64,000 nt of DNA from Lingula anatina. Lineage: Eukaryota > Animalia > Brachiopoda. How positions within the stretch are numbered: the stretch's first letter is position 1; every line of letters begins with the position of its first letter. The notes beneath the pieces were generated by a model, which saw only the letters and a list, made by a program, of their open reading frames with translations, was not told where the DNA came from and did not search any database. The position numbers and the translations under genes are program-made. Shown piece by piece: positions 12,681 through 26,000 of this stretch. The stretch covers positions 24,450,534-24,514,533 of the forward strand of contig CM120644.1 of assembly GCA_051362555.1 (NCBI GenBank), given 5' to 3'.

Positions 12681-14449
12681 CTAGGCCCTTGTACAGAGAA
12701 CTTGTCTGTGCACTACAGACGCTGGCCGAGGTAGCCAAGAAATTCTAAAAGTTTTTGACATTTTGATTTATTTCATCAGTAAGACCATCGATAACATTGC
12801 TTTTCTAAACGCCACATGTTAAGCAATGGCAATTATCAAAGTTATTATTTCATTTATCTCCATAAATCTGATATTAATAATGTTATTTACGGCAAAATAT
12901 TGGTACTCATAACTGATAAAAATTGACTTTACTGCAAAATTTAACCTGCAGAAGGTAGTCTAGCAATCACCCTTGCATTTTATGTGTCAACGTGCTGTCA
13001 TGTTGCCCAGTCTTAAAAAAATGTAAATTAGTATATTTTACTAAACTACTAAGAAATAAAATAAAAGACTTCTATTTTTGGGATCATAAGCTACATGTAT
13101 ATTTGCAATCTCCCCAACTCTAATCACACGGTGCAGAAAACCATCCCATGACACAACACATTAAAACATTTGTCAGAGGTGGGGTGGAATAACTGGATAT
13201 AGCGCCAGTGAGGAGATAGTTAAATGTAAGTAAACTGCCAACATTATATTCTCTTATGCCGATAATATCAAGAATCTCAATCAAAAGCAATTGTACAAAT
13301 CAGAAAGAGTTTTATTACAAGTTAATTTTTTCTCCTTTCGTTCCTTCTCAGGGCACCATTAAAAATATTTTCTTACAAAGAAACAAAGACAAAACCCTGT
13401 CAGTTTGTAAGAGGCAGATAATCATGGTAGCCAAGGGTCCATAATTACAACAATACCGGTAGAAAACAACAAGCTAGTGATTGAAATAAATCACGGCAAA
13501 GGGTGGAACAACAAGAAAATCAAATTACTGATATTTCCTAGAATAAAGAATAAGTAATAAAAGCATAACAGCAGGAAATATAGAATTGTAGACAGACAAA
13601 TCAGAATGGAATATTCTGATTAACATGCAAAAGACAATGAAAACAATTGAATGAGTGATCGGTTCCAAAGAATAGATTACAAATCCTCTTGAATTTGTAC
13701 GACAAGTCAAGTGAATAAATAGATGAAAGTTCCAATCGTTATTGTTGTCACCATTATAACAAATTGGTGGAGGATCTGGTCAATGATCCCAGTGTGTCTC
13801 GCAATATATTACTTCAATCAAGAACAGTCACGATCAGTTTTCCAAAAGAGGCAATAACATTTCCAACAATTGAATGACTAAGCTTCAAAATGATTTGGCT
13901 ACAAAATACCCTTGGGTTTCATTAGGGTTATTGGGCTTATTGCCCATGATAACAATTAGCCTAGGTATCAGTCAGGTGACTGGCATTGATAGTGGCTTAA
14001 TGAAAAAGACACGTTCTTTTGAGACAAAATATGTCTAAGAAAGTGAACAGAAATTTGAAATTGTAACATCTAGCAGTGAGTCGTCTGAAGAAGAAGAAAT
14101 ACTACATGAAAGTTCACACCAACAGACCGTTCTTCACAAATGCAGTTTATTAGACCAAGTTGTCAAACAATGGTCACAATCATTTTTTTGAAAAGGCCAA
14201 ACTGGGACAAATCTTCGAGTTTGAAGGGCCATTCATCGTTAAACAAAAATCCATCTCAAACCGTCCAGAGTCTCCCATCATTATTAGTAACGATGACGAC
14301 GACACAAACAACTCCGAGAACGACAGAGTCCGCTCAGAGTCTCCAATCGTCATTTACCTCAGCAAAGAAGCAAAATACGCTGAACGTTCAAGATCGCCAG
14401 ATGAACGGTTAATTAACAATTGAAAAAAAACAAACAATAAAATAACAAT

Positions 14450-14934
14450 TTTCTCAGATCTAGGGTTACCTCCAGAAAAATTCAGAGGAAATGGAAATGA
14501 AGATGTAAAGAGGTGGCTGACTCATTTTAGAAACTACGTCAGCTATAAAGAGCTAGAAGGGGAGCAAATAACTTCCATTTTTGCTTTGTTGCTAAAGCAG
14601 TCAGCGTTACATTGGTATGAGTATTTGCCAGCTAGAGTACAGAAAGACTGGGAATCCCTTGAGGGTGAGTTTTGGCAATGATATCAGCTGAGAGGTAGGG
14701 AAACTTTGGCGAAGGCTTTGGATTTTTTTCTGAAGGCAAGATGAACCAGTGCAGAATTACATCACGTCGATGTGGCATAATGCGAAACGTGCTCAGTTAG
14801 ATGAGGGTATGGCCCTAGTAATAAATGGGTTAAACCCAGAAATAAGACCATTTGTGATGCAAAGGGAACCCGCCGATTTCGACTCATTGATGCATTACGC
14901 CAGAATTGCAGTCCAACCTACAAGAAGACGTTAA
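14450..14934 (+). mobile_element. Degenerate Gypsy gag remnant (copy 2)
   Basis: Homologous to 4455-4960. Confidence 0.68.
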
Positions 14935-15621
14935 GAGTCCAACATCTAATGATTAAACAAAAAATCAACGTTCTAAAAAGTTCCATCAGTGACGCCGTCC
15001 TGGTCAGTAAGATGCCTGCAGTTCAAATGTTACAGAACAAGAGACAGGTCCTGAATGTTGGAAACATCACGCCTACAAGGGCAAGATCATTGATTTCCAT
15101 AAGAAGCGTTGGTACCAATGGCATCGCGCACGGGTGCATCATCCAACGCAACGTACCACCACGAAGGAGAATTAGAGTATAAATACTTGTAAAATTGTAA
15201 GAAAAGAGGGTGGTGAATAAATGATTAAAGACTCCAGAATGTCACCATAGTTACAATAGTAGATCATCATATGAAAAGGTTGCTTCCACAAATCAGGTCA
15301 TTTGTGGTACAGAGGCAGCCCACTGACTTGGAACCCCTGATAAACTTAGCAGAGATTTAAAGTAACTGTAAGTAGTATGGTTTGAACAGAGCGACTAGTT
15401 CTGAAAGTTGTAACAGACAGTGGGCCTTCTGATTCAGACAGAAAACAAGTCAGCACCAAGTGTTAACTTCTGGTGTCAATGTCACATTGTCAGTGTAACA
15501 GGGAAGAGTGACAGTAATCAGGAAAATCTCACACAACCAACATGTAACACTGTAACAACATAAACAGCACCTTACTCCAACAGTGTTGCGGATGGTTATT
15601 TACATAAATTTGAATATGCAG

Positions 15622-15882
15622 GGTCCAGTTTTATAAAGGACCTTTAGCACTTACCAGTGTTTAACTCTAACCAGACCTTAATAATCTGTTAGTAAATTGA
15701 CCTTTAAATAATTATTTAATCCAGTCAAACACTGGCCAGTTAATTAATTGGCTGTTTTCCGTTAAAAGACTGTATATAAAACACAATTTAACCATCTTTT
15801 AGTTAATGGGTGTTAGGGGGATTTATCCAATGGTTAGGCTTATCCACTGGTTAGTGCTAAACGTCCTTTATAAAACTGGGCC
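15622..15882. mobile_element. MITE, PIF/Harbinger-like, 261 bp, present only in unit 2
   Basis: ~38-bp TIRs (ggtccagttttataaaggacctttagcact / agtgctaaacgtcctttataaaactgggcc), flanked by CAG...CAG; empty sites at ~5640 and ~26078. Confidence 0.85.
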
Positions 15883-16997
15883 CAGGTTGTTAGTGATGGA
15901 TGAATCAGATTAAAGAAGTCAGAATATAAAAATCACTTCCCCTTGAGGCAGCAGCTAGCGTACTAGTGCTTTACTATACCCGACCATAACCTATGTATAG
16001 GACAAGACAGAAAATTAGGATAACAGGTCTTGAAAAACAAGTTCCAAGGTACTACAAGCTAATACCTCTATGAACTTGAGAATGGAAGATTTAGTCTGAA
16101 AGTAAAAACTCCCCGAGTTCATTGCAGACATTTGTCATAAAATTCAGTATGAAGGGCTACTCTACAGCAGACAATGCTACAGGTGGGATCATTGCCTTGC
16201 ATCATTTAACACATTTTAACAGGCTGCCCTTTACTAGTGGCAGTGGGAATGGAGAATCCCGCCAACTTAGATAAAGCTGGTGAAGGGTTATACATAAACA
16301 ATAGCCAGAAAGAAGAGACCTTGAAAAGACCAGGGGTGACAGTAATGAAAACAGATAGTGTTAGGGCTGAGAGGCAGCTGAAAAGATTCTGAGAAAAAAG
16401 TGGACAGAAAAGTAGACAAATTAGAACACTCATTTTAAAGAGGCATAAATCCAGATCCAGCAAGAAAGCCCTCACCTCCGGAAAATGACTGGAAATCAAA
16501 CTTGGGTTCAGGCAGTGCTTTAATTGAAGAGAAATTGATTGCAGAACTGAATGACGCTTTTTTTAACTTCAAATTGTAATGATGAGACCTTTATAAGGGC
16601 TCATGTACTTGGTGCTCATACTTTCTAAATGATCTTGTACAGGTTTTACCAAGATAGGAGGCATGATAAAATCAAGGAAAAATAGACTGGTAAGATACTA
16701 ATCAATGACAGCACATGGACATATTTTAATAAATTATATTTCAATTCACTGTCTTGCCAATTCTTAGAGAGTCATTGCTATCATTTACTAGTATAGAACT
16801 AGTATAGTTGCTCCTGCTGCCACCTATCTTTGAAATGTACATGTAAGCTGCAACATGTTAAAATACATTGGGTCACTATGCTCTAAGGGGGTATTCATTC
16901 CAGTTCTTGTTCTAAGCCATCTGGCTTCTTTTCTTGTATAATTATCTTGAGTCACTTTTCTTTCTTCTGCATTTAATGTTTTGTTTTGAATTGTCAT

Positions 16998-17063
16998 TCA
17001 TTCTGACACCAGATGGCACCTTCCTGGAAGACGAGACTGCAGAAGATCCCAGGCTTTCTCTAC
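16998..17063 (-). pseudogene. COASY: Duplicated COASY terminal exon (copy in unit 2)
   Basis: Same [21 protein letters not shown] with intact acceptor. Confidence 0.85.
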
Positions 17064-17342
17064 CTGTAACAGAGGAAGATATCTTTATGACTTTCAGCTG
17101 TGAAATTCAGCATTCTGTCATGAGTTGCCTGTGTATTTAAACAATATTTTTTGCTACTTCTTCTCACAAAATTCAAATGATTAAATAAAAAAAGCTTACA
17201 ACAAAAATACAAAAAGTTATGCTTAATTCATAAATAATAAATAAATAAGACATTTTATCACTTCATCTTGAGAGAGATTTTCACCAGAACTAACATTGAA
17301 AAATGCATTTAAACAAAAATAATAATTATAAATGGTTATTAC

Positions 17343-17580
17343 AGTGTGGCTATGGACGGCCAGACTAGGTAGTTCAACAGGTTCATTTGGCTCTGTGGGT
17401 GGGAAAAACACGTGTATTAAGGAATTGGTATGATTACAGTGTGGCTATGGACGGCCAGACTAGGGAGTTCAACAGGTCCATCTGACTCTGTGTGTGTGTG
17501 TGTGTGTGTGGGGGGGGGGGGGGGGAGGGGGGGAGTGAAATCAGGTGTATGAAGGAATTGGTAGTATAATTACAGGGAGC
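17343..17580 (-). pseudogene. COASY: Two tandem fragments of COASY coding exon 6 5' end
   Basis: Matches 7106-7335 and 28168-28220. Confidence 0.85.
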
Positions 17581-18690
17581 ATATTATAAAAGAACCCCCT
17601 ATATATCAGATCTAGGTTCTAGGATATAAGGGACTAACATGTTGCAAAGTCCAGTTCAGTTCATGGTGAATAGTAGGTCAATGGCCAATTTGAAGGTCAC
17701 AGTTTGATTGCCAGTATATTACGTCCTATTCACCTTCAATAGTAACTATGGACCTACATGTATCTCTGCAGGTTCTCATAGTCTAGGAGGAGAAGCGGTA
17801 ATGGTGACTTGGCGGCGGAGCCGCAGGAGCCAGCGGAACATGCGGGTCGGGACTAAAACCATGGGTACCGCCAGCGCCTACGCTGGTGGTACAATGACAA
17901 TTAACTCTACCTTTAGGATTTTATGCATTTTAAATAAAGAGTGCGTATGTGTGAGCAGTGGGGTGGGGTGACAGTAACAGATATTTAATTACCCCACTCA
18001 GAAATCACTTTTTCAAACAGTGATTGCTAGTTTTTTTATATTTATCGCTAATCAAATAGCTGGCATCTTATATGACGGACATCCCGAATGCGGCTGTTTG
18101 AGTGGTGGTGAGGGAAGTCAGTAGGAGGGAATTTGATTTTTTTACAACATTGATGGCATTTTTCTGTTGAAATATAGTTTCAAAGATTCACAAGTCCTCA
18201 GATAATTTCAACAAGAAGTAGTGCATGTGACTAATGTGCTTTAAATTTCTTTTCTTTGGCACTTAAAGATCAGATCAGATTCTATTCCAAAGTTAAAAGT
18301 GTGAGGTTGCTAATCCATTCTCTAATAGACTACATATGAGGGAAAAAAATTGAGAAAACTTATATCATTTCCCTCAGTGTTGGCAGTGACTGTCACATTT
18401 ACTGGGCCACTGTGGGTGTTTTACAGGTATTTCACATACTTTACCACACAGCAAAATAAAAATACCAGCAGACATGGTTTTATTTGTTTAACCTGAGCTT
18501 AGATAAAGAATAACACAACTGTGTTACCAGGCACGAATTTAGTTGGTGTGCTAGCTGTTAATTTTAGGTGAGCTTCAAGAAATAATCAGTTATCAACATT
18601 TTTTTACCTAATAAATAAATAAGAAGAATAATTGCACTGCATAGATGTATGTTAAAAAATCCGCAGTTGATATATAATGATAATGCAAAA

Positions 18691-18793
<103 letters not shown>

Positions 18794-19269
18794 TTTGATC
18801 AAATATTCCTCTGTTATATCATATAATGGCCAATTAAAACCTGAGAGGTTTCCTTCACACAAAACGAGACAGTAATACCTACATTCATGGCTCTATTTTA
18901 ATAGTCTGAGCTTAAGAGTAAACACAATGCAACTATGTCAACACACAATCAATGTTCCTGCTATGTTGAGGTCAGCGTCAAGTGATAAGCAAACGCCATG
19001 TTTTTCTCTACCTTTGCACAGTTCTAAAGGGGACAGGAAAAAACAGGACGGATATTTGAGGAATTAATTTAAAATCAGACGTGTTAAATATGACAGTAAG
19101 TCAGATAAAGGACATAGTGGTACTTGTGATCTCTGTCGGTCAAAGCTGTAGAATTGTGAGGTAGAGAGAAAATTAAGCATTTTTTGACAATTTCTAGACT
19201 GAGTTATTCAATACCAAAGGCAACAAAACCAGCGCAATCACCCTTTGTAAATTAAAGAGACAGCCAGTC

Positions 19270-21093
19270 ATGGCAGAAGTACTAGCAGCAGATATCAAAG
19301 AGAATATCTTGACATGCAACATCTGTCTGGTAGAGTATGAAGACCCCCGTGTGCTGCCGTGCTACCATACATTTTGTTATGGTTGTATATCTGACCATGC
19401 TACACGCACTCTGACTTCAAATAGAACATTTCTGTGTCCCGTGTGTAGAGAAGAGATCCAGTTTCCAGCTGGTGGACTTAACCAACTGAAAAAGAATTTC
19501 ATCTTTAGCAAGACCAAGGACATCATAACCAAGCAGCAAGAGAGACAGACATTAGAAGAGGAACAGGCCACTGTAGCAGCAGTGACACAGGCCATTGCAC
19601 AGATGACCATCAGTTGTGAGAAACATCTTAATAATGAATTGAAATATTACTGTGAAGATGACGATACTGTTATATGTTGTGAATGTATAATAACAGAACA
19701 TAGCGGCCATCGTATTTCGTCAGTTGAGCAAGTTGCAAAATGCAACAGAGATAAAATTAAAGCTGCTCTTGTGAGAACCATGAAAACGACGGACATGTTT
19801 AAAGAGTCAGTTGCCATGGAAACAGCCAATGATACAGAGGACTCTCATATCAAGACGCTCACTATCACAAACATGAAAAAGCAAGCTCAGATTATGCACA
19901 AATTGATTGATCAGAGGGTAGAGACATTGATATCAGAATTGAATTCTGCTTATGATGTCAGAAAGAAACAGAAGGAGGCAAACAAAGATATCCTTGAATT
20001 TCACCATTCTTCCTTGCACAGTGCCTGTGACTTTGCCCAGGAACTTATCACTAATGGCACTGACTCTGAAATCATGCTTCATGCAAAATCTCTGATAGAA
20101 AGACTGGCAGCAATGGAGAAAACACCTGTCCCAACTCCAGACACACCAGCACAGATATCATACAAACCTGGTGAGATATCAACTGACGGACTTGAGGCCA
20201 TGTTAGGACAGGTGACAGTACAGTCACAAAGTCCATTAGCTGGACTGGAAACAAATCCAAGACCAGCACCAAATCTTCCAGTTTTCTTAGAGAAAGCAGA
20301 GTGTGTGCGTTCCTTCAGTGCTGTGGTGGGAGATGACAAAGGAAGAATATTAATGACTGGATTGACCATTGATGAGCGATATATGTATGTTGTGGATGGA
20401 TATGAATCTTGGAGAAGGAGAGGGAATGACAGAACAAAAATGTTCACACATGATGGAGAATTCAAGTTTTACATTGAACTGAACAATCCGTTTGATGTGG
20501 CAGTGTCACAAACTGGTCACATGTATATGACATCACTGGGTGACAAATGTGTGAAAGTGTACTCCACCAAAGGCAAGCAGGTGACAACCATGGGTCACGG
20601 TCTACTGGAGGATCCACGGGGTATCACACTGAACAGACAAGGTCATGTGATGGTTTGTGACAGAGGAAAGATGTCCATCTTCACATTCTATGCAGCCAGT
20701 GGACAGCTCCTGGACACTATTCCACTCAATATGTGTGCAGATCCACAGTACATCACAGTAAACAGTGTAAATGATAACATTGTGATATCAGACTTCGAAA
20801 AACACTGCGTACATGTGCTGTCACCTACTGGTGATGAGCTGTACCAGTATGTTGGTAATGGCCAGTTAAGGAAACCATGTGGAGTGTGCACAGACAGCAA
20901 TGGTCACATTTTCATTGCTGAATGGGGTAAAAGACGGATAGTGGCACTGAGTCCACAGGGATATTTTATCAGATACATTGCCACTAAGGCTGATGGGTTG
21001 AATTCTCCCATAGCATTAGCCATCAACCCTGCTGGCCAGCTGGTGGTAGCAGAAGAGTGGGGCAGAGTTAAGATATTTCAGTACTTACAGTAA
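19270..21093 (+). CDS. TRIM-NHL E3 ligase-like protein, 607 aa (paralog B)
   Basis: Differs from paralog A at 3 residues (S>P, R>W, Q>E). Confidence 0.93.
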   Translation: MAEVLAADIKENILTCNICLVEYEDPRVLPCYHTFCYGCISDHATRTLTSNRTFLCPVCREEIQFPAGGLNQLKKNFIFSKTKDIITKQQERQTLEEEQATVAAVTQAIAQMTISCEKHLNNELKYYCEDDDTVICCECIITEHSGHRISSVEQVAKCNRDKIKAALVRTMKTTDMFKESVAMETANDTEDSHIKTLTITNMKKQAQIMHKLIDQRVETLISELNSAYDVRKKQKEANKDILEFHHSSLHSACDFAQELITNGTDSEIMLHAKSLIERLAAMEKTPVPTPDTPAQISYKPGEISTDGLEAMLGQVTVQSQSPLAGLETNPRPAPNLPVFLEKAECVRSFSAVVGDDKGRILMTGLTIDERYMYVVDGYESWRRRGNDRTKMFTHDGEFKFYIELNNPFDVAVSQTGHMYMTSLGDKCVKVYSTKGKQVTTMGHGLLEDPRGITLNRQGHVMVCDRGKMSIFTFYAASGQLLDTIPLNMCADPQYITVNSVNDNIVISDFEKHCVHVLSPTGDELYQYVGNGQLRKPCGVCTDSNGHIFIAEWGKRRIVALSPQGYFIRYIATKADGLNSPIALAINPAGQLVVAEEWGRVKIFQYLQ

Positions 21094-22437
21094 ATAGTGA
21101 TTACATTTAATAATAATTAAAATTTATATCAAACCCATGATGTTTATTAATACATTTGTACCACAAAAAATGAGAATAGGCTGTAGGAACCAGAACATGA
21201 GATATAGTTAGTTACAGTTGTGTAACAGATGGAAGAGAAACTGTATTAATATATCATAATACTGAATACATACCTCTAGCTTAACAGTATGGGTGTAAAT
21301 CTCTGTCAAATTATACTTATTTATTGCTACACTGGACATGTCGCAAGTGTCAACCAGGCTTCAGACTCAGAAAATGGTAAAACGGTTTTCCGCTTATCGT
21401 GTTATCATTGAAAATGCACGGCTACGCCTAAAAACAATTTTTAATTAAAATTGCATATCGCTTGCTGCACGACCATGCATTTAACCTTGTTGCCGAGTTC
21501 TAAATTTTCATGAGTACTTAGGAAGTGCCCCATTTTATCATATCATAAGGGTTGCTGATGTGACAGGAATGGAACTCTGGTGTCCCATTTGATAAGAACA
21601 GGTTAGGGTTGGTTGGAGTATTGGGATAAGTATATACAGGTAGGACAAATGTTACCTATCCAAAGTAATGAGAAGTGGACTACAACAATCCCTAGAGGAA
21701 TTCCATTCCTGTCACACCTACAGTGTGTTGACGGGGTACAACGCTGATTTGCTTGTTCAAATAAGGAACCCCACGATAGCCCCAAAATTGTTGCCAGAAG
21801 TTTATTTGTCAGCATGAGTTCAAAGCGTGAATCTGTCACTTGGTTTAATATTAGATTTCACTGGAGCAAGGGAATATAGAAACACAAGGAGTATTGGTAT
21901 GAAAAATTTTATTATACAATGGACATCGCTATGAATACATATATGTACAGTGTACACTATTACGTCAAGTAACGTAGTCACAAAAAATTAATTAAGCAAA
22001 GATACAAATTTGAAATCAAAACAGTTAGATAACAACCTGATTATACAGATGTGCTCAATATTGATAATATGTTCGTTTTTATTACCCTTTAACTTCAATT
22101 CTAAGCGCAGAGAATGCGGTATATAATAGCCAAGCTTAATACCAGTATGACTTGAATGGTAGTCCGCAGGGAACCTATTCCGTTCCCCATTTTTTATGCA
22201 GGTGACATTTCTCCAATCTACTAACCCAAATAAATTGACTAACCCTAACCTACATTCATATTATAGTACCCCGGACTTCCATTCCTAGCACTATCATTCC
22301 TGCCACACCAGATTTACCCCAATTTAAGCTGGCCGAAAGAAAACCCTGCTCTCTTAAAGTCCACTTGTTTGCCTTGGCCGTCTTTTATTAAACAGCACAG
22401 CTGGCAATTAGCAGCACACTGTACATATCAAAGGTAT

Positions 22438-23045
22438 ATGGCAGCAGTCTTACCAGAGTTGTCGAGATTTGATGACAGTGAGGGAAGCACAAGAACGTGA
22501 TGGCTAAAGAGGCACAAAAAGATTTGACGACTTGCAAACCGGGATGACTGTGAATGACGGCGATGGCGAAAGATAACGTGCACAGCTTCTACACTATGAT
22601 GGGGCAGACGTAAACGGGAAGGAGACTGCGGTAAACCCATATCTACTCTGCTGCTAGTCGAGAAGGAGCTTCATTAGTCTGGCCTCTATTGCCTGCTCAG
22701 CCCCATTGGGAAACCAGTCTGGTGACGGTGAGCAAGAGCGGGTTTGCAGTTTCCCTCTGCTGGAACCGCCGGTCTGGAAGAGATGAGTACGTAGCCAATG
22801 CCCAGATGAAGTAAAGCAACTCTTTTTCCATTAGGCTAGCAAAAATGAGGAAGAGACATTTGGAGACATGTTTTTATGTGACGCAGAACACGCAAGAGAA
22901 TACTTCACCTGCAGGCCAATTTCAGAAACTGGAGAATAAAGTTAACCTGACTGCGAGCGATAGCCAAGCATTTCAGAGAGAATTAGCGGAGCATTTAAGG
23001 TGAGACATAAGAAATGCAATGTCGAGCGCAGCCGCTCTGAGTTAA
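22438..23045 (+). mobile_element. Second-family Gypsy gag remnant (copy of 12072-12680)
   Basis: Near-identical to 12072-12680. Confidence 0.5.
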
Positions 23046-23074
23046 TCTAGGCCCTTGTACAGAGAACTTGTCTG

Positions 23075-26000
23075 TGCACTACAGACGCTGGCCGAGGTAG
23101 CCAAGAAATTCTAAAAGTTTTTGACATTTTGGATTTATTTCATCAGTAAGACCATCGATAACATTGCTTTTCTAAACGCCACATGTTAAGCAATGGCAAT
23201 TATCAAAGTTATTATCTCATTTATCTCCATAAATCTAATATTAACAATGTTATTTACGGCAAAATATTGGTACTCATAACTGATAAAAATTGACTTTACT
23301 GCAAAATTTAACCTGCAGAAGGTAGTCTAGCAATCACCCTTGCATTTTATGTGTCAACGTGCTGTCATGTTGCCCAGTCTAAAAAAATGTAAATTAATAT
23401 ATTTTACTAAACTACTAAGAAATAAAATAAAAGACTTCTATTTTTGGGATCATAAGCTATATTTGCAATCTCCCCCACTCTAATCACACGGTGCAGAAAA
23501 CCATCCCATGACACAACACATTAAAACATTTGTCAGAGGTGGGGTGGAATTACTGGATATAGCGCCAGTGAGGAGATAGTTAAATGTAAGTAAACTGCCA
23601 ACATTATATTCTCTTATGCCGATAATATCAAGAATCTCAATCAAAAGCAATTGTACAAATCAGAAAGAGCTTTATTTCAAGTTAATTTTTTCTCCTTTCG
23701 TTCCTTCTCAGGGCACCATTAAAAATATTTTCTTACAAAGAAACAGAACGACCCTTTAAAAATAAAGATCAGATAGGCTTATTTTGTGAGAGTTCTACAG
23801 AACCAAGTAAAATATTTTGTTATCAGACAAAACCTTGCCAGTTTGGAAGAGACAGATAATCATGGTAGCCAAGGGTCCATAATTACAACAATACCGGTAG
23901 AAAACAACAAGCTAGTGATTGAAATAAATCACGGCAAAGGGTGGAACAACAAGAAAATCAAATTACTGATATTTCCTAGAATAAAGAATAAGTAATAAAA
24001 GCATAACGGCAGGAAATATAGAATTGTAGACTGACAAATCAGAATGAAATATTCTGATTAACATGAAAAAGACAATGAAAACAATTGAATGAGTGATCGG
24101 TTCCAAAGAATAGATTACAAATCCTCTTGAATTTGTATGACAAGTTAAGTGAATAAATAGATGAAAGTTCCAATCGTTATTGTTGTCACCATTATAACAA
24201 ATAGGTGGAGGATCTGGTCAATGATCCCAGTGTGTCTCGCAATATGTTACTTCAATCAACCACAGTCACCATCAGTTTTTCAAAAGAGGCAATAACATTT
24301 CCAACAATTGAATGACTAAGCTTCAAAATGATTTGGCTACAAAATACCCTTGGGTTTCATTAGGGTTATTGGGCTTATTGCCCATGATAACAATTAGCCT
24401 AGGTATCAAAGTCAGGTGATTGGCACTGATAGTGGCTTAATGAAAAAGACACGTTCTTTTGAGACAAAATACGTCTAAGAAAGTGAACAGAAATTTGAAA
24501 TTGTAACATCTAGCAGTGAGTCGTCTGAAGAAGAAGAAATACTACATGAAAGTTCACACCAACAGACCGTTCTTGACAAGTGCAGTTTATTAGACCAAGT
24601 TGTCAAACAATGGTCACAATCATTTTTTTGAATAGGCCAAACTGGGACAAATCTTCGAATTTGAATGGCCATTCATCGTTAAACAAAAATCCATCTCAAA
24701 CCGTCCAGAGTCTCCCATCATTATTAGTAACGATGACGACGACACAAACAACTCCGAGAACGACAGAGTCTGCTCAGAGTCTCCAATCGTCATTGACCTC
24801 AGCGAAGAAGAAGCAAAATACGCTGAACGTTCAAGATCGCCAGATGAACAGTTTATTAACAATTGAAAAAAACTTACAAGAAAATAACATTGTCCTCAGA
24901 TCTAGGGTTAGCTCCAGAAAAAATTCAGAAGAAATGGAGATGAAGATGTAAAGAGGTGGCCGACTCATTTTATAAACTACGTAAGCTATAAAGAGCTAGA
25001 AGGGGAGCAAATAACTTCCATTTTTCCTTTGTTGCTAAAGCATTCAGCGTTGCATTGGTATGAGTCTTTGCCAGCTAGAGTACAGAAAGACTGGGAATCC
25101 CTTGAGGGTAAGTTTTGGCAATGATATCAGCTGAGAGGTCGGGAAACTTGGGCGAAGGCATTGGAATTTTTTTCTGAAGACATCAAAGGCAAGACGAACC
25201 AGTGCAGAATTATATAGCGTCGATGCGACATGATGCGAAACGTGCTCAATTGGATGAGGATATGGCCCTAGTAATAAATAGGTTAATCCCAGAAATAAGA
25301 CCATTTGTGCTGCAAAGGGAACCCGCCAATTTCGACTCATTGATGCATCACGCCCGAATTGCAGAAAATGCAGTCCAACCTACAAGAAGAAGTTAACAGT
25401 CCGACATCTAATGATTAAACAAAAAATATCGACGTTCTAAAAATTCCATTAGTGACGCTGTCCTGGCCAGTAAGAAGCCTGCAGTACAAATGTTACAGAA
25501 CCCGACACAGGTCCTGAATGTTGGAAACATCATGCCTACAAGGGCAAGATCATTGATTTCCATAAGAAAGTTTGATGCCAATGGCATCGCGCACGGGTGC
25601 ATCATCCAACGCAACTTACCACCACGAAGAAGAATTAGAGTATAAATACTTATAAAATTGTAAGAAAAGCGGGTGGTTAATAAATGATTAAAGACTCCAG
25701 AATGTCGCCGTAGTTACAATAGTTGATATGAAAAGGTTGCTTCCACAAATCAGGCCATTTGTGGTACAGAGGCAGCCCACTGACTTGGAACCCCTGATGA
25801 CCTTAGCAGAAATTTAGAGTAACTGTAAGTAGTACGGTTTGAACAGAGCGACTAGTTCTGAAAGTTTTAACAAAAAGTAAACCTATTGATTCAGACAGAA
25901 AAAAAGTCAGCACCAAGTCTTAACTTTTGGTGTCAATGTCACATTGTCAGTGTAACAGTGAAAAGTGACAGTAATCAGGAAAATCTCACACAACCAACAT

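Larger units (their letters stand above)
2665..12708. repeat. Tandem segmental duplication unit 1 (~10.0 kb): gag-remnant block + COASY fragments + TRIM-NHL
   Basis: Starts tgcactacagac(a/g)ctggccgaggtagccaag, repeated at 12709 and 23075; ORF track repeats at ~10.0-10.4 kb offset. Confidence 0.92.
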
